64,000 nt of DNA from an uncultured Clostridia bacterium (lineage in GTDB: Bacteria; Bacillota; Clostridia; Christensenellales; CAG-138). The notes beneath the pieces were generated by a model, which saw nothing but the letters and a program-made list of their open reading frames with translations, was not told where the DNA came from and did not search any database. Below, piece after piece: positions 51,002 through 59,249 of this stretch (its first letter is position 1; each line of letters begins with the position of its first letter). The stretch spans positions 26,905 to 90,904 of the forward strand of contig CALVLD010000005.1 in the NCBI GenBank assembly GCA_944336475.1, in the 5' to 3' direction. The position numbers and the translations under genes were made by a program.

Positions 51002-51517
51002 TCAGCGCACACGCTCAAGTAGGCGCACGACCCTACCCATGTACATATCGTGATAATCGCCGTTGGGGTAGAATTTGTCAAGAGTCTCCGCATCCATTAT
51101 CCCATCGGGCGATATGGTGTGACGGCTCAGCTTTTTGCAGATGAACACGGTATCTGCCTCTTCAAAGAACGGGGCACCGTCCGAATGTGCGACCGTGAGT
51201 TGACTGTGCGCTATCTTATCCTCATTGCGGCCTGAAGCGCTGCCCATGTAGCCAAGCATTTCATGGCGCTTCTCATGGTCAAAGAACGTAAGCGAAAACA
51301 TATTTGACCCGTCGATCAGTTCTTTTGTAAAGCGGCTTTCCCGTATGAAGATGTATGCGGCAGGTACGCCCCAAATAACGCCCATGCCGCCCCATGCAGC
51401 AGTCATCGCATTCACCCTGCCTTCATGTTCGGCAGCGATAAGCATCCAATCATTGCCTATCATTTTGAAGGGATTCCCGCCAAATTCCTCAATGGGTATC
51501 TCTCTGAAATTATTCAT
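51002..51517 (-). CDS. flavin reductase-like protein
   Basis: 171 aa from MNNFREIPIEEF, with a split-barrel flavin reductase-like pattern (NAMTAAWGG). Confidence 0.75.
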   Translation of the reverse strand: MNNFREIPIEEFGGNPFKMIGNDWMLIAAEHEGRVNAMTAAWGGMGVIWGVPAAYIFIRESRFTKELIDGSNMFSLTFFDHEKRHEMLGYMGSASGRNEDKIAHSQLTVAHSDGAPFFEEADTVFICKKLSRHTISPDGIMDAETLDKFYPNGDYHDMYMGRVVRLLERVR

Positions 51518-51908
51518 GCTTCCTCCTCTGTGCTTTGCATATTTCAAACCACTCGCAGTCACCGCAAATGGCTTTAAATCTATGTTCGTCCTGCATCACG
51601 TCGGCTATTGCCGCAAGGTACTCGCCGCAGGTTACGGTATCTCCGCTGCTTATGCCCACAGCTTGGAGATAGCCGCAGTCGATGCGTTTAACCTTATCCT
51701 CGGTAACGCATGCTTTGCCGCTTAGGTTTGGACATCTCTCACAGAGCAGATCAGGCATATCGACAAGTATAAACGAATCAACTTTGCCTGCTTTTATGTC
51801 CGAGATAAGCGTCTGCATTGCCATGCAAAACTCTGAGCTGTAGCCCTCGCCGATATAGTTCTGCATACAGGCGCCGTGATGCGGCCGTATCCTTAACACC
51901 TTTGACAT
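51510..51908 (-). CDS. Cys-rich protein resembling DUF1284
   Basis: 132 aa. N-terminal IRPHHGACMQNYIGEGYS and several CxxC pairs. Family assigned from memory. Confidence 0.7.
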   Translation of the reverse strand: MSKVLRIRPHHGACMQNYIGEGYSSEFCMAMQTLISDIKAGKVDSFILVDMPDLLCERCPNLSGKACVTEDKVKRIDCGYLQAVGISSGDTVTCGEYLAAIADVMQDEHRFKAICGDCEWFEICKAQRRKHE

Positions 51909-51909
51909 G

Positions 51910-53127
51910 TCACACCACCTGCAGGAGATAGAACTTCAGGTAGTCCGTCTCCCTTACATTCATCAGTACGGGATGATCCGGCCCCTGCTGTCGCTCCTCG
52001 ATGCGCCGCAGGCTCACGCCTGCCTCCCTTGCCGCCTCAATCAGCATGTTGCGGAACATATCGTCATACATAAAGTGCGAGCAGGAGCATGTAGCAAGAT
52101 AGCCGCCCCTCGGCAGGAGACGCATCGCCTTGGCGTTTATCTCCTTATAGCCACGGTATGCGTTCTTTGCGGTAGCTCCGCTTTTTGTAAACGCAGGAGG
52201 GTCAAGTATTATAAGGTCGAAATCATGGTTGTGATGCTCCAGCATATCACTGAGCAGATCGAACACGTCAGCGCATACAAACTCCATATCGACACCATTG
52301 AGCTCCGCATTGGCGCGGGCAAGCTCTATTGCGGTCTTTGAGATATCCACAGCACAGACCCGTTCTGCGCCGCCCATTGCTGCATTTAGGGCAAACGCTC
52401 CGGTATGCGTGAAGCAATCAAGCACACGCCTGCCCTTTGCGATACGCTTGACGGCAAGACGGTTGTACTTCTGGTCAAGGAAGAACCCTGTCTTTTGACC
52501 GTTTATGTAATCAACATCGTAGATGACACCGTTTTCAACTATCCTAATATGGCCATCAAGGTTATCTGAGAGGCCGTCATGGCCATAGAAAGCCTTATAC
52601 TGCTCCATCCCCTCAAGCGCGCGGATGGCCGAATCATTGCGCTCAAACACCGCATCTACCCTTTCCCCCATGCTGCGAAGGGTATCCACGATGATGGGGA
52701 ATATCATATCCTTGCGCATGTCAATGCCCAGGCATAGCGTCTGAGTGACAAGCACGCTTCCAAAGCGATCAACGGTGAGACCCGGAAACTGATCCGCCTC
52801 GCCAAATATGAGACGGCAGTTTGAAAAATCCTCCCCCATGACCGTGCGGCGGTAGTTCAGTGCATATTTGATGCGGCGAGTAAAGAATGCTTCGTCGAAT
52901 TGGTCATTGGCGTTTTGTGATATTACTCGGACACGTATCTTGCTGTTGTCGTTGACAAAGCCGGTTCCTCGGTACTGCCCTTTTGAGCTGCGCACATCAA
53001 CAAGATCGCCATTCTTGTATGACCCTTCGACGCCTATTATCTCATCCCCGTAGACCCACGGATGTCCGCTTTGCAGACTTTTTTCCGATTTTGGAGTTAT
53101 TTTGAATATCGGATATGGTCTTGACAT
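51910..53127 (-). CDS. rlmI: class I SAM-dependent 23S rRNA m5C methyltransferase (RlmI-like, PUA domain)
   Basis: Start at MSRPYPIFKITPKSEKSLQSGHPWVY (PUA-like). SAM motif DCFTHTGAFAL and DPPAF. Confidence 0.86.
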   Translation of the reverse strand: MSRPYPIFKITPKSEKSLQSGHPWVYGDEIIGVEGSYKNGDLVDVRSSKGQYRGTGFVNDNSKIRVRVISQNANDQFDEAFFTRRIKYALNYRRTVMGEDFSNCRLIFGEADQFPGLTVDRFGSVLVTQTLCLGIDMRKDMIFPIIVDTLRSMGERVDAVFERNDSAIRALEGMEQYKAFYGHDGLSDNLDGHIRIVENGVIYDVDYINGQKTGFFLDQKYNRLAVKRIAKGRRVLDCFTHTGAFALNAAMGGAERVCAVDISKTAIELARANAELNGVDMEFVCADVFDLLSDMLEHHNHDFDLIILDPPAFTKSGATAKNAYRGYKEINAKAMRLLPRGGYLATCSCSHFMYDDMFRNMLIEAAREAGVSLRRIEERQQGPDHPVLMNVRETDYLKFYLLQVV

Positions 53128-53296
53128 AATATCTCTCCGTTCGTTTTTTATAGATTTTATCACAACTTTTATGTCAGTACAAGTGGTACGTATATGCCCT
53201 AAAATGCCAAAAAATAGAAACTATCCGCAACATATTGCAATCGGTTTGTTTCTGTTATAGAATTAACCGGTAATCAACAGCTGCGCTGTTTGGCGT

Positions 53297-53836
53297 ATGT
53301 CAGGGAAGGTTGGTGTATTTTCCGTGTCTAAATTTGAACGCCTTGTCGATGCTTATACTGCTTATTATGACGAGCTTGCGGTATATGCCTTCAAGCTGTT
53401 GCAAGACTATGCCGATACGGAGGATGTTATGCAGACAGTAGTGCTTCGGTTGATGGAGACGTCAACAAAGCTCCCCAATGTATCGAATCACAGGGCATTT
53501 CTTTACGCCTGTGTACGCTATGCGGCGTATTCTGTACTAAGCAAGCGCCCGAAGCAGATACTTGTGGATTCCAGTCTGCTTGAAGTCACCCTCGAGGACA
53601 AGGATGATGCTATCTCACGTTTTGAGACGGAGGACTTCGTTAGGGAACAGCTTTCGGAATATCCTCGGGAGTATCAGGATATGTTCATAATGTATGTCTT
53701 AGACAACTGCACTCCCAGAGAGATCGCCGAGGTTACAAATATAAAACCCAACACCATATCTCAGCGTATCGTCCGCATGAAGCGAAAGCTGCTTAAGAAG
53801 CTCACCTCGCAAGAGGACGGTCAGAGGGGTGTTTGA
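53297..53836 (+). CDS. RNA polymerase sigma-70 factor, ECF-like
   Basis: 179 aa with a region-2-like segment and a region-4 HTH (CTPREIAEVTNIKPNTISQRIVRMKRKL). Confidence 0.8.
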   Translation: MSGKVGVFSVSKFERLVDAYTAYYDELAVYAFKLLQDYADTEDVMQTVVLRLMETSTKLPNVSNHRAFLYACVRYAAYSVLSKRPKQILVDSSLLEVTLEDKDDAISRFETEDFVREQLSEYPREYQDMFIMYVLDNCTPREIAEVTNIKPNTISQRIVRMKRKLLKKLTSQEDGQRGV

Positions 53837-53847
53837 TATTATAAGCG

Positions 53848-54744
53848 ATGCGTCGAGGTTCTTTGAACGGCCGAGCCAAGCACAGGCCGATAAAACTGAA
53901 TAAGCTCTCACATAAGTACAGGGAAGCCAGAAGGATGCTCAAAAAGAGATTCCCCAGTGTTGAAGAAACCATTGCGATGGCCAAGAAGCGATCAAATTTG
54001 CCCGATTCTTCTTGGTCAGTTGTTGATGACGCAATAAAGCGGCACAGGAGACGGTACAGCCTGCCCGGCTTGTCTGATCTGGCAAGGAAGCATATGCGCC
54101 ACATTATGGCGTTCTCATTTGCGATAACTGTGACTGTTTTCCTCGTTTTTGTTCCCTTTGGACGTTCGTTTGCATCGGAGTTAGGCAGATATTTTGCCCA
54201 AGTACTCGGCGGCAACGTCACATTTGACGATCTGCAGTCCAAAGAACCGCCTATAGAGGTAAGAAGCAGCACATACCTTTGCCCAAGCTGCTTCTCAAGT
54301 CATACCTACTCGACCGACTCCACTCTCTACTCCCGAACGTTTGACGGCATGGATGAGCTTGCTGAATTCTATGATATTCCCTTGATATTCCTGAACGATT
54401 CCACCGCCGGGATCGAATCAATAGGCGTCATTGAACCAAGCTGCTCTGGCAACGGTTCCGAGTTTATTCGAGTCGAGTACGGTTATTCGGATGGCACTCG
54501 TGTAGTAATATCCATGTTGACATCAGTGACAACGGGGTTCGGCGTTATCGCTAACGACGATTTCCACGAAACAAGCCTGCTGGACGGCTCGACCACGCTG
54601 TATTACAGCATCGATCGCCTCACCGGCGAGCTGTACGGCATAGCCACTCATTCAGACTCAGATATACCTGTTTCTATCGGCATATCCGACTATGACGCCC
54701 TCGATAGGGTGCTCAGCAGGCTTGCTGTATATAGCTCAGATTAG
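53848..54744 (+). CDS. putative single-pass anti-sigma factor with extracytoplasmic domain
   Basis: Immediately follows the sigma gene. It has a basic N-terminal part, one TM segment (IMAFSFAITVTVFLVFVPF) and a C-terminal domain of about 190 aa, vaguely DUF4367-like. The start codon is uncertain because all candidate RBSs are weak. Confidence 0.45.
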   Translation: MRRGSLNGRAKHRPIKLNKLSHKYREARRMLKKRFPSVEETIAMAKKRSNLPDSSWSVVDDAIKRHRRRYSLPGLSDLARKHMRHIMAFSFAITVTVFLVFVPFGRSFASELGRYFAQVLGGNVTFDDLQSKEPPIEVRSSTYLCPSCFSSHTYSTDSTLYSRTFDGMDELAEFYDIPLIFLNDSTAGIESIGVIEPSCSGNGSEFIRVEYGYSDGTRVVISMLTSVTTGFGVIANDDFHETSLLDGSTTLYYSIDRLTGELYGIATHSDSDIPVSIGISDYDALDRVLSRLAVYSSD

Positions 54745-55142
54745 TTGCCCACATCCTCGTAGGTCTTTCTTACCGTACCGCTTGTTGTGTCGCCCGAGGC
54801 TATCAGTTCAAGTATGTACGTGTCTCCCGTGACAAGTCTAATATCCCTCTCCACATGGCAGTATGTGCCGTTCTTCACAACCTTCGGCGACTCGACAATA
54901 AATATTTCGAAGCCGCTCACCATTCTGTACAGGCGCAGCCGCACTATTATCATCTCAGGAAAAGACGTGGTCACGGTTGCCCACATGCAGTGAGTGCCGT
55001 CATCATTCTGTTCCAAAGCAAACGTATAGAACAGCGCTCCCTTCTCACTCTCGATCTTCTCGGTGTCGGCTGCCTGCACTGCGCTTATCGAGGCGAAACA
55101 GAACACTATTGCCATAAGTACGCATAACATTCGTTTTTTCAT
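54741..55142 (-). CDS. small secreted hypothetical protein
   Basis: 133 aa. Signal peptide MKKRMLCVLMAIVFCFASISAVQA. Convergent with the anti-sigma gene, overlapping its stop by 4 nt. Confidence 0.5.
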   Translation of the reverse strand: MKKRMLCVLMAIVFCFASISAVQAADTEKIESEKGALFYTFALEQNDDGTHCMWATVTTSFPEMIIVRLRLYRMVSGFEIFIVESPKVVKNGTYCHVERDIRLVTGDTYILELIASGDTTSGTVRKTYEDVGN

Positions 55143-55443
55143 TGAAAATCTCCCTCCGTTTTTATGATGTTAGGCCGATCAAGCAATGGCTGCGACCCGA
55201 GTTGTCCGTCCGCCGTATTATATTTTCTTATCATCATGTGTATCGATTATTAACCATTTTCAATCCGCATACGCGTCTTATATGGTGCACACACAATCCG
55301 AATCGCTCAAAATCGGAGCAGCATCGCTTATGATCGATCCTTATAATGTAGGAGTGTTTGGGGCGCCTAATTATGACATAATTTGACAGAAAACGCAATA
55401 TATTTTCAACGCAATTATATATCGATTTGCGTTAAAATAATGC

Positions 55444-55472
55444 TTGCATTTTCATTAAAGTTGATGTATAAT
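55444..55472 (+). promoter_or_regulatory. sigma-A promoter of tRNA-Ser
   Basis: TTGCAT (55444-55449), exact 17-nt spacer, TATAAT (55467-55472), 38 nt before the tRNA 5-prime end. A 7-bp inverted repeat AACGCAA/TTGCGTT (55408-55433) lies just upstream. Confidence 0.6.
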
Positions 55473-55510
55473 CCCTTACGCTGTTTCAAGCGGCTGTTGA
55501 ATATGTGTTT

Positions 55511-55603
55511 GGAGAAGTCGCCTAGTTTGGTCGAGGGCGCACGACTGGAAATCGTGTAACGGTCATAAGCCGTTCGAGAGTTCGAATCTCTCCTTCTCCG
55601 CCA
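55511..55603 (+). tRNA. tRNA-Ser (anticodon GGA), CCA encoded
   Basis: Folds by hand. Acceptor GGAGAAG/CTTCTCC, anticodon stem CACGA/TCGTG with loop CTGGAAA, a long variable arm ACGG..CCGT, T-arm GAGAG-TTCGAAT-CTCTC, and discriminator G plus CCA. Confidence 0.95.
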
Positions 55604-55643
55604 TAAAGAGGCTACAAAGAGGATTTAGCCCCCAACCCCCCGG
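55602..55643 (+). repeat. direct repeat copy A (tRNA 3-prime flank)
   Basis: CATAAAGAGGCTACAAAGAGGATTTAGCCCCCAACCCCCCGG. It aligns to 59032-59071 with 4 mismatches in the first 29 nt plus 2 single-nt gaps. Confidence 0.8.
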
Positions 55644-55667
55644 CGTTATCGGGGGGTTGCGTTTTTT
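55633..55667 (+). terminator. rho-independent terminator after tRNA-Ser
   Basis: CAACCCCCCG (55633-55642), loop GCGTTAT, CGGGGGGTTG (55650-55659), then CGTTTTTT. Confidence 0.75.
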
Positions 55668-55801
55668 AACCGGAAATTTCGGAGTCAAAAAAACTAAAAT
55701 ATCAAATGCGTGCTTCGGCTTTCTGCTGAGACTTTCATCCTCGCAAAACGGAATAAAAGGCTCAGGCGCTGGATGAAAGAAAATTCCATGTACTTTCTTA
55801 C

Positions 55802-57526
55802 TCACTGCGATACGGTGAACAGGGAGTAGAAATAGCCCTTGCGCTCCATCAATTCATTGAAGGAACCATGCTCCGCAATTCTCCCGTTTTTCAATGCCAG
55901 AACACAGTCGTACCGTTTCAGCAGGTTTTCATCCAGGGCGTGGGTGACCACGATTCGGGTCAAACCCTTCAGAGCCAGGATAGCGCCGGAAACCTGGAAG
56001 GCCGTTTGGACATCCAGTGCGGCAGTCGCTTCGTCTACCAGCAAAACCTGGGATCTTTTCAGCAGGCTCCTGGCGATGGAAATTCTCTGCTTTTCCCCAC
56101 CGGACAGACCTCGGCCGTTTTCGCCGCAATGGTAATCCTCGCCCCTCTGAGCGACCAACATTGATAGACCGGACAGTTCGATCGCATGGTCAACCTCTGA
56201 CTTGGGAAAATCCGAGAACATGGTTATGTTGTCCCGAATGGAGGCGTTGAAAATGAACACATTCTGCTGGACAACGGAAACCATTTCATACAGGCTCTCG
56301 CTGCTGATCTGGCGCAGTTCCGTATCGTCATAGAAAATAGAACCATAGTAGTGATCGTAGGATGCCATCAGCAGATTCAGCAGGGTGCTTTTGCCGCTGC
56401 CGGATGCGCCTACAATGGCATAGCTCTTGCCCTTTTCAAAGGTGAAACTCACATGTTGCAATACGGGCTTTTCCTGCGCATACCCGAAGGATACTTCCTT
56501 AAGGACAACGGCTTTCGTCAACGCGATTTTGGATTCCAAACCCTCCTCACGCACATTTTCTTCCAAGGCGTCCGCCAGCTTGTCCATAAGGGCAAAGGCT
56601 GCCTTGCACTGTGCCAGATACTGAGGGACGGAGCCAATGGGATTGACCACAAAGTTCATCAGATTCACAAAGGCAATCAGGGTGCCTGCGGAGATGGCGT
56701 GGCCGTTCATTGCCAGGGCTGCGCCGGCGATGAACACGCCCAGCTGGGCGATGACACCTGCAACTACCCCCATGCACTGCACAACGATGGCTGTCTTTCG
56801 GCGGACGGTCTTTGCATCGGTAACTTCTTTAATCCGCCGGGCAAACAATCGGCACATGGCAGCTTCTGCCTTAAAGGATTTGACCACAGAAAAGCCGGAA
56901 AGGCAATCCCTCAGGGCGGACATATAGGACTCGTTCTTTTCGGATACCTTCCTTTCCGCTTCAGCTACCCGATTGCCTGCCAGAAGAGAAGCAGCCACAG
57001 GAAGAAGAGCCAGCGCAAAGCCTATGGCCGTCAGCAGTGGAGAATACCAGAGCATCAGCCAAAAGGCGCCGATAAACAGCAGAATGTCATCAATCAGCAG
57101 GAAAATGTTCGCCAGATAGTCCGTCTCAATGGTGTTGGCATCATTGCTCAGGGCGGAGATATAGAAAGAGGTGTTCTCGCCGGTAAAGGCGGAGATGCCC
57201 TTCCGGGATATCTTTTGAAAGGCAAGTTCCTTGTACTGCCCAATGGCTTTGGCGATAAATCTGGGTTTGGACAGATACGTCAGCCACAATCCAAAGGCGA
57301 GGATTCCCGTGCACAGGGCGCACAGTCCGACGATTTGTAGCAGGGTAAACCGGCGATCCGTGCCGGTGGTCGCATCGATAAGTACCTGCATCAGCCATGA
57401 GATCATCAGATTGGCTCCCACCAGAATAAGGGCTGCCAGTACAGCAGCCAGGAAAGCGGCGGTGTTGCCTCGATAGAATTGACGGGTGAAGCTGCGGCGG
57501 CGTTTGCGAATCATAGATTTTTCCAT
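55802..57526 (-). CDS. ABC exporter, fused permease/ATPase half-transporter
   Basis: 574 aa. A six-TM N-terminal domain, Walker A GASGSGKST, signature LSGGEKQR and Walker B LLVDEATAALD. Confidence 0.92.
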   Translation of the reverse strand: MEKSMIRKRRRSFTRQFYRGNTAAFLAAVLAALILVGANLMISWLMQVLIDATTGTDRRFTLLQIVGLCALCTGILAFGLWLTYLSKPRFIAKAIGQYKELAFQKISRKGISAFTGENTSFYISALSNDANTIETDYLANIFLLIDDILLFIGAFWLMLWYSPLLTAIGFALALLPVAASLLAGNRVAEAERKVSEKNESYMSALRDCLSGFSVVKSFKAEAAMCRLFARRIKEVTDAKTVRRKTAIVVQCMGVVAGVIAQLGVFIAGAALAMNGHAISAGTLIAFVNLMNFVVNPIGSVPQYLAQCKAAFALMDKLADALEENVREEGLESKIALTKAVVLKEVSFGYAQEKPVLQHVSFTFEKGKSYAIVGASGSGKSTLLNLLMASYDHYYGSIFYDDTELRQISSESLYEMVSVVQQNVFIFNASIRDNITMFSDFPKSEVDHAIELSGLSMLVAQRGEDYHCGENGRGLSGGEKQRISIARSLLKRSQVLLVDEATAALDVQTAFQVSGAILALKGLTRIVVTHALDENLLKRYDCVLALKNGRIAEHGSFNELMERKGYFYSLFTVSQ

Positions 57527-57635
57527 ATTATGTAAACCTCCTCATTTCAGCAATTATGGATTTTATGTATTCGGGGATGGCCAGGGCACGCAATCATGTT
57601 TTTTGTTGATGCTTTCTCAGCCCCCCTGGTTGCGT

Positions 57636-58712
57636 TTATCCTTCTGACCGGATCTTTGCCCAAAGAGGACGAAGCTCTTTTCCGGCCTCATCGACAAGAA
57701 AATTTTCTATCATCGCCATTCCCGTTTCCCCCATATCATCATAGGACATAGCTTTCTCGCTACCATGATAATACTTCATGCCGTAAGCGGTTCGATACTG
57801 CGGTGCCTCATCGAATTTCAGTGCTGACCGCTTGGCCTCTCTCAGCCATTTCTCTGCTCCGGCAGCATCCGCCATGAGCATCCGGATCGCAGCAAGGATA
57901 GTATAGATACGGACATTGCTCTTGTCTATGATATTCACCGTATCCGGCAGCTTTAACCCCTCGCCCGTAGCCAGAAGCCAAAGCATTAAATCCTCGATTT
58001 TATCCATTTGTCCCAAGGCCGTATACGCATTGGCATACCCGATGCAGATCTCATAGACACGGGCATAATGATCGTGCAGGGCATCTGACAGGTATCGCAG
58101 TGATTCATCCGCCCTGTTTGGATTTTGAGACATGAACAAGCCGATTTTGGCGTCATTAAGACCCCCCACATTGTTCTTCTTCAGAATTTTGATTGCCTGT
58201 TCCATGTCTCCAAGATAGCAATAGCAGCATGCGATCTGATTCCGAATCGTAATAACGCCGATGGCTTCGTTTGTATTTTGGTCGATCAGCTGGGTTGCGC
58301 GCTCATAAAGTTCAATGGCCCTGCCTGCGCTTTTTTCACGATGCTGCATCATGGACATAAAATAGAGGACAGCGCTCTGATATACCACATCGAAGCTGTT
58401 GGGATATTTCTGAAGCGCCTGCTCCACAAAACGTATCCCCTCATCAAAATTCAGCTGGTTCCGATAGATGCCAATCTGTTCGGCCGTCTTGCCCATGCTC
58501 AGCTTTTCCCAGCCGTAGTTCAGCAGCGCGTCAACCGAGGTTTCAAAAAAAGTTGCGATCTCCACCAGCATCTCCAGTTCTGGGGTGGCTTTGCCGCACT
58601 CCCACTTGTGGACGGCGCCCGTAGTAACACCCAGGGCTTCCGCAAGCTGTTCCTGGGTAAGCTCAGCTCCCTTGCGCAGCCGGCGGATGCTTTCTCCCAA
58701 TTTGATCTCCAT
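57636..58712 (-). CDS. XRE-family HTH regulator with TPR-like C-terminal domain
   Basis: 358 aa. N-terminal Cro/C1 HTH (IRRLRKGAELTQEQLAEALGVTTGAVHKWECG) followed by about 280 aa of helical-repeat region. Confidence 0.85.
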   Translation of the reverse strand: MEIKLGESIRRLRKGAELTQEQLAEALGVTTGAVHKWECGKATPELEMLVEIATFFETSVDALLNYGWEKLSMGKTAEQIGIYRNQLNFDEGIRFVEQALQKYPNSFDVVYQSAVLYFMSMMQHREKSAGRAIELYERATQLIDQNTNEAIGVITIRNQIACCYCYLGDMEQAIKILKKNNVGGLNDAKIGLFMSQNPNRADESLRYLSDALHDHYARVYEICIGYANAYTALGQMDKIEDLMLWLLATGEGLKLPDTVNIIDKSNVRIYTILAAIRMLMADAAGAEKWLREAKRSALKFDEAPQYRTAYGMKYYHGSEKAMSYDDMGETGMAMIENFLVDEAGKELRPLWAKIRSEG

Positions 58713-59031
58713 ATGATCACTCCCTTGCTTTTTATGTCTTTATTTTATCGCCGGCGGCAGAGAAGTCCACCTACTGATGGTGTAATTGATGAAATAATTA
58801 TTTTACCATTGGTATAAATGCCAAAGGATTGTTACAAACAGAGCGTCCAAAGGAGCTAAAATACCATAGAACATGGGTTGTCTTCTCATGCGGATGATCG
58901 CTTCATTTGTTTTCGTTAAGTTCCGCTACCGCAGTGAGGAGCGATTCCGGATGCATGTAAAAAAGGTAAGCAGGCGGAAGTTCAGCTCCGGCCACGGAAC
59001 CGCCGGAAATATCTTTTTTGTAACCCTAAGA

Positions 59032-59071
59032 CATAAAGAAGCTACAAGGAGAATATAGCCCCACCCCCCGG
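59032..59071 (+). repeat. direct repeat copy B
   Basis: CATAAAGAAGCTACAAGGAGAATATAGCCCCACCCCCCGG, the counterpart of 55602-55643. Confidence 0.8.
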
Positions 59072-59139
59072 TGAAACCAGGGACAGGTCCGTGTAGAAGA
59101 CGTCGCCGGTGGCGATAAGCCCCACCCCCCGGTGAAACC
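59057..59139 (+). repeat. 22-nt exact direct duplication AGCCCCACCCCCCGGTGAAACC (59057-59078 and 59118-59139)
   Basis: Read directly. Only the second copy continues into the complementary arm CCGGGGGTGG to form a dyad/hairpin. Confidence 0.85.
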
Positions 59140-59211
59140 GGGGGTGGTCATCAACAAACCTCCGTTCGCCATTTTCCGTGATGTTCTTAACGGAGAATTG
59201 GTGGATGGTAT

Positions 59212-59249
59212 GTACCCGGAAGGAGAAATCCTTCCGGGTACTGCTTTTT
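59212..59249 (+). terminator. strong hairpin terminator at the edge of the recombinase element
   Basis: GTACCCGGAAGGA (59212-59224), loop GAAA, TCCTTCCGGGTAC (59229-59241), then TGCTTTTT. The T-run is on the plus strand only and abuts the recombinase stop codon. Confidence 0.65.

Larger units (their letters stand above)
55604..59031. mobile_element. possible integrase-less genomic islet (ABC exporter + XRE-TPR regulator) bounded by the direct repeats
   Basis: It lies between repeat copy A and copy B, next to a tRNA. Hand counts of single 60-nt lines give about 48-50% G+C here, against 62% in one sampled core line (pnp). Confidence 0.4.

Noticed and set aside
55563-55805. 80-codon minus-strand ORF overlapping tRNA-Ser and its terminator. 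Also the ORFs at 55142-55333(+) and 55186-55386(+).
   Set aside because: The first overlaps a confidently folded tRNA gene and its terminator. The other two lie in the AT-rich tRNA promoter region. None has an RBS.
58950-59031. Possible degraded tRNA 3-prime remnant preceding repeat copy B (GCGGAAGTTCAGCTCCGGCC versus the T-arm GAGAGTTCGAATCTCTCC of tRNA-Ser).
   Set aside because: Similarity is only about half of positions over a short stretch, and no acceptor-stem match precedes the CATAAAGA repeat. It is not distinguishable from chance by eye.
58873-59058. 61-codon plus-strand ORF divergent from the XRE-TPR regulator, considered as a pheromone precursor gene.
   Set aside because: The nearest AAAGGAG is about 17 nt from the ATG. 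The 3-prime third of the ORF is made of the tRNA-flank direct repeat (copy B), which is non-coding at its other location. The product has no signal-peptide or propeptide logic. It is mentioned only as a weak candidate inside the cassette finding.
59026-59151. 41-codon minus-strand ORF with an excellent RBS (GGAGG, 7 nt, ATG 59151) downstream of the recombinase.
   Set aside because: It runs through both copies of the 22-nt duplication in two different reading frames, and through repeat copy B. The repeats are therefore not conserved as protein, and the G/P/S/T/W-rich product looks like translated GC-dyad DNA. It is not excluded, but it is unsupported.
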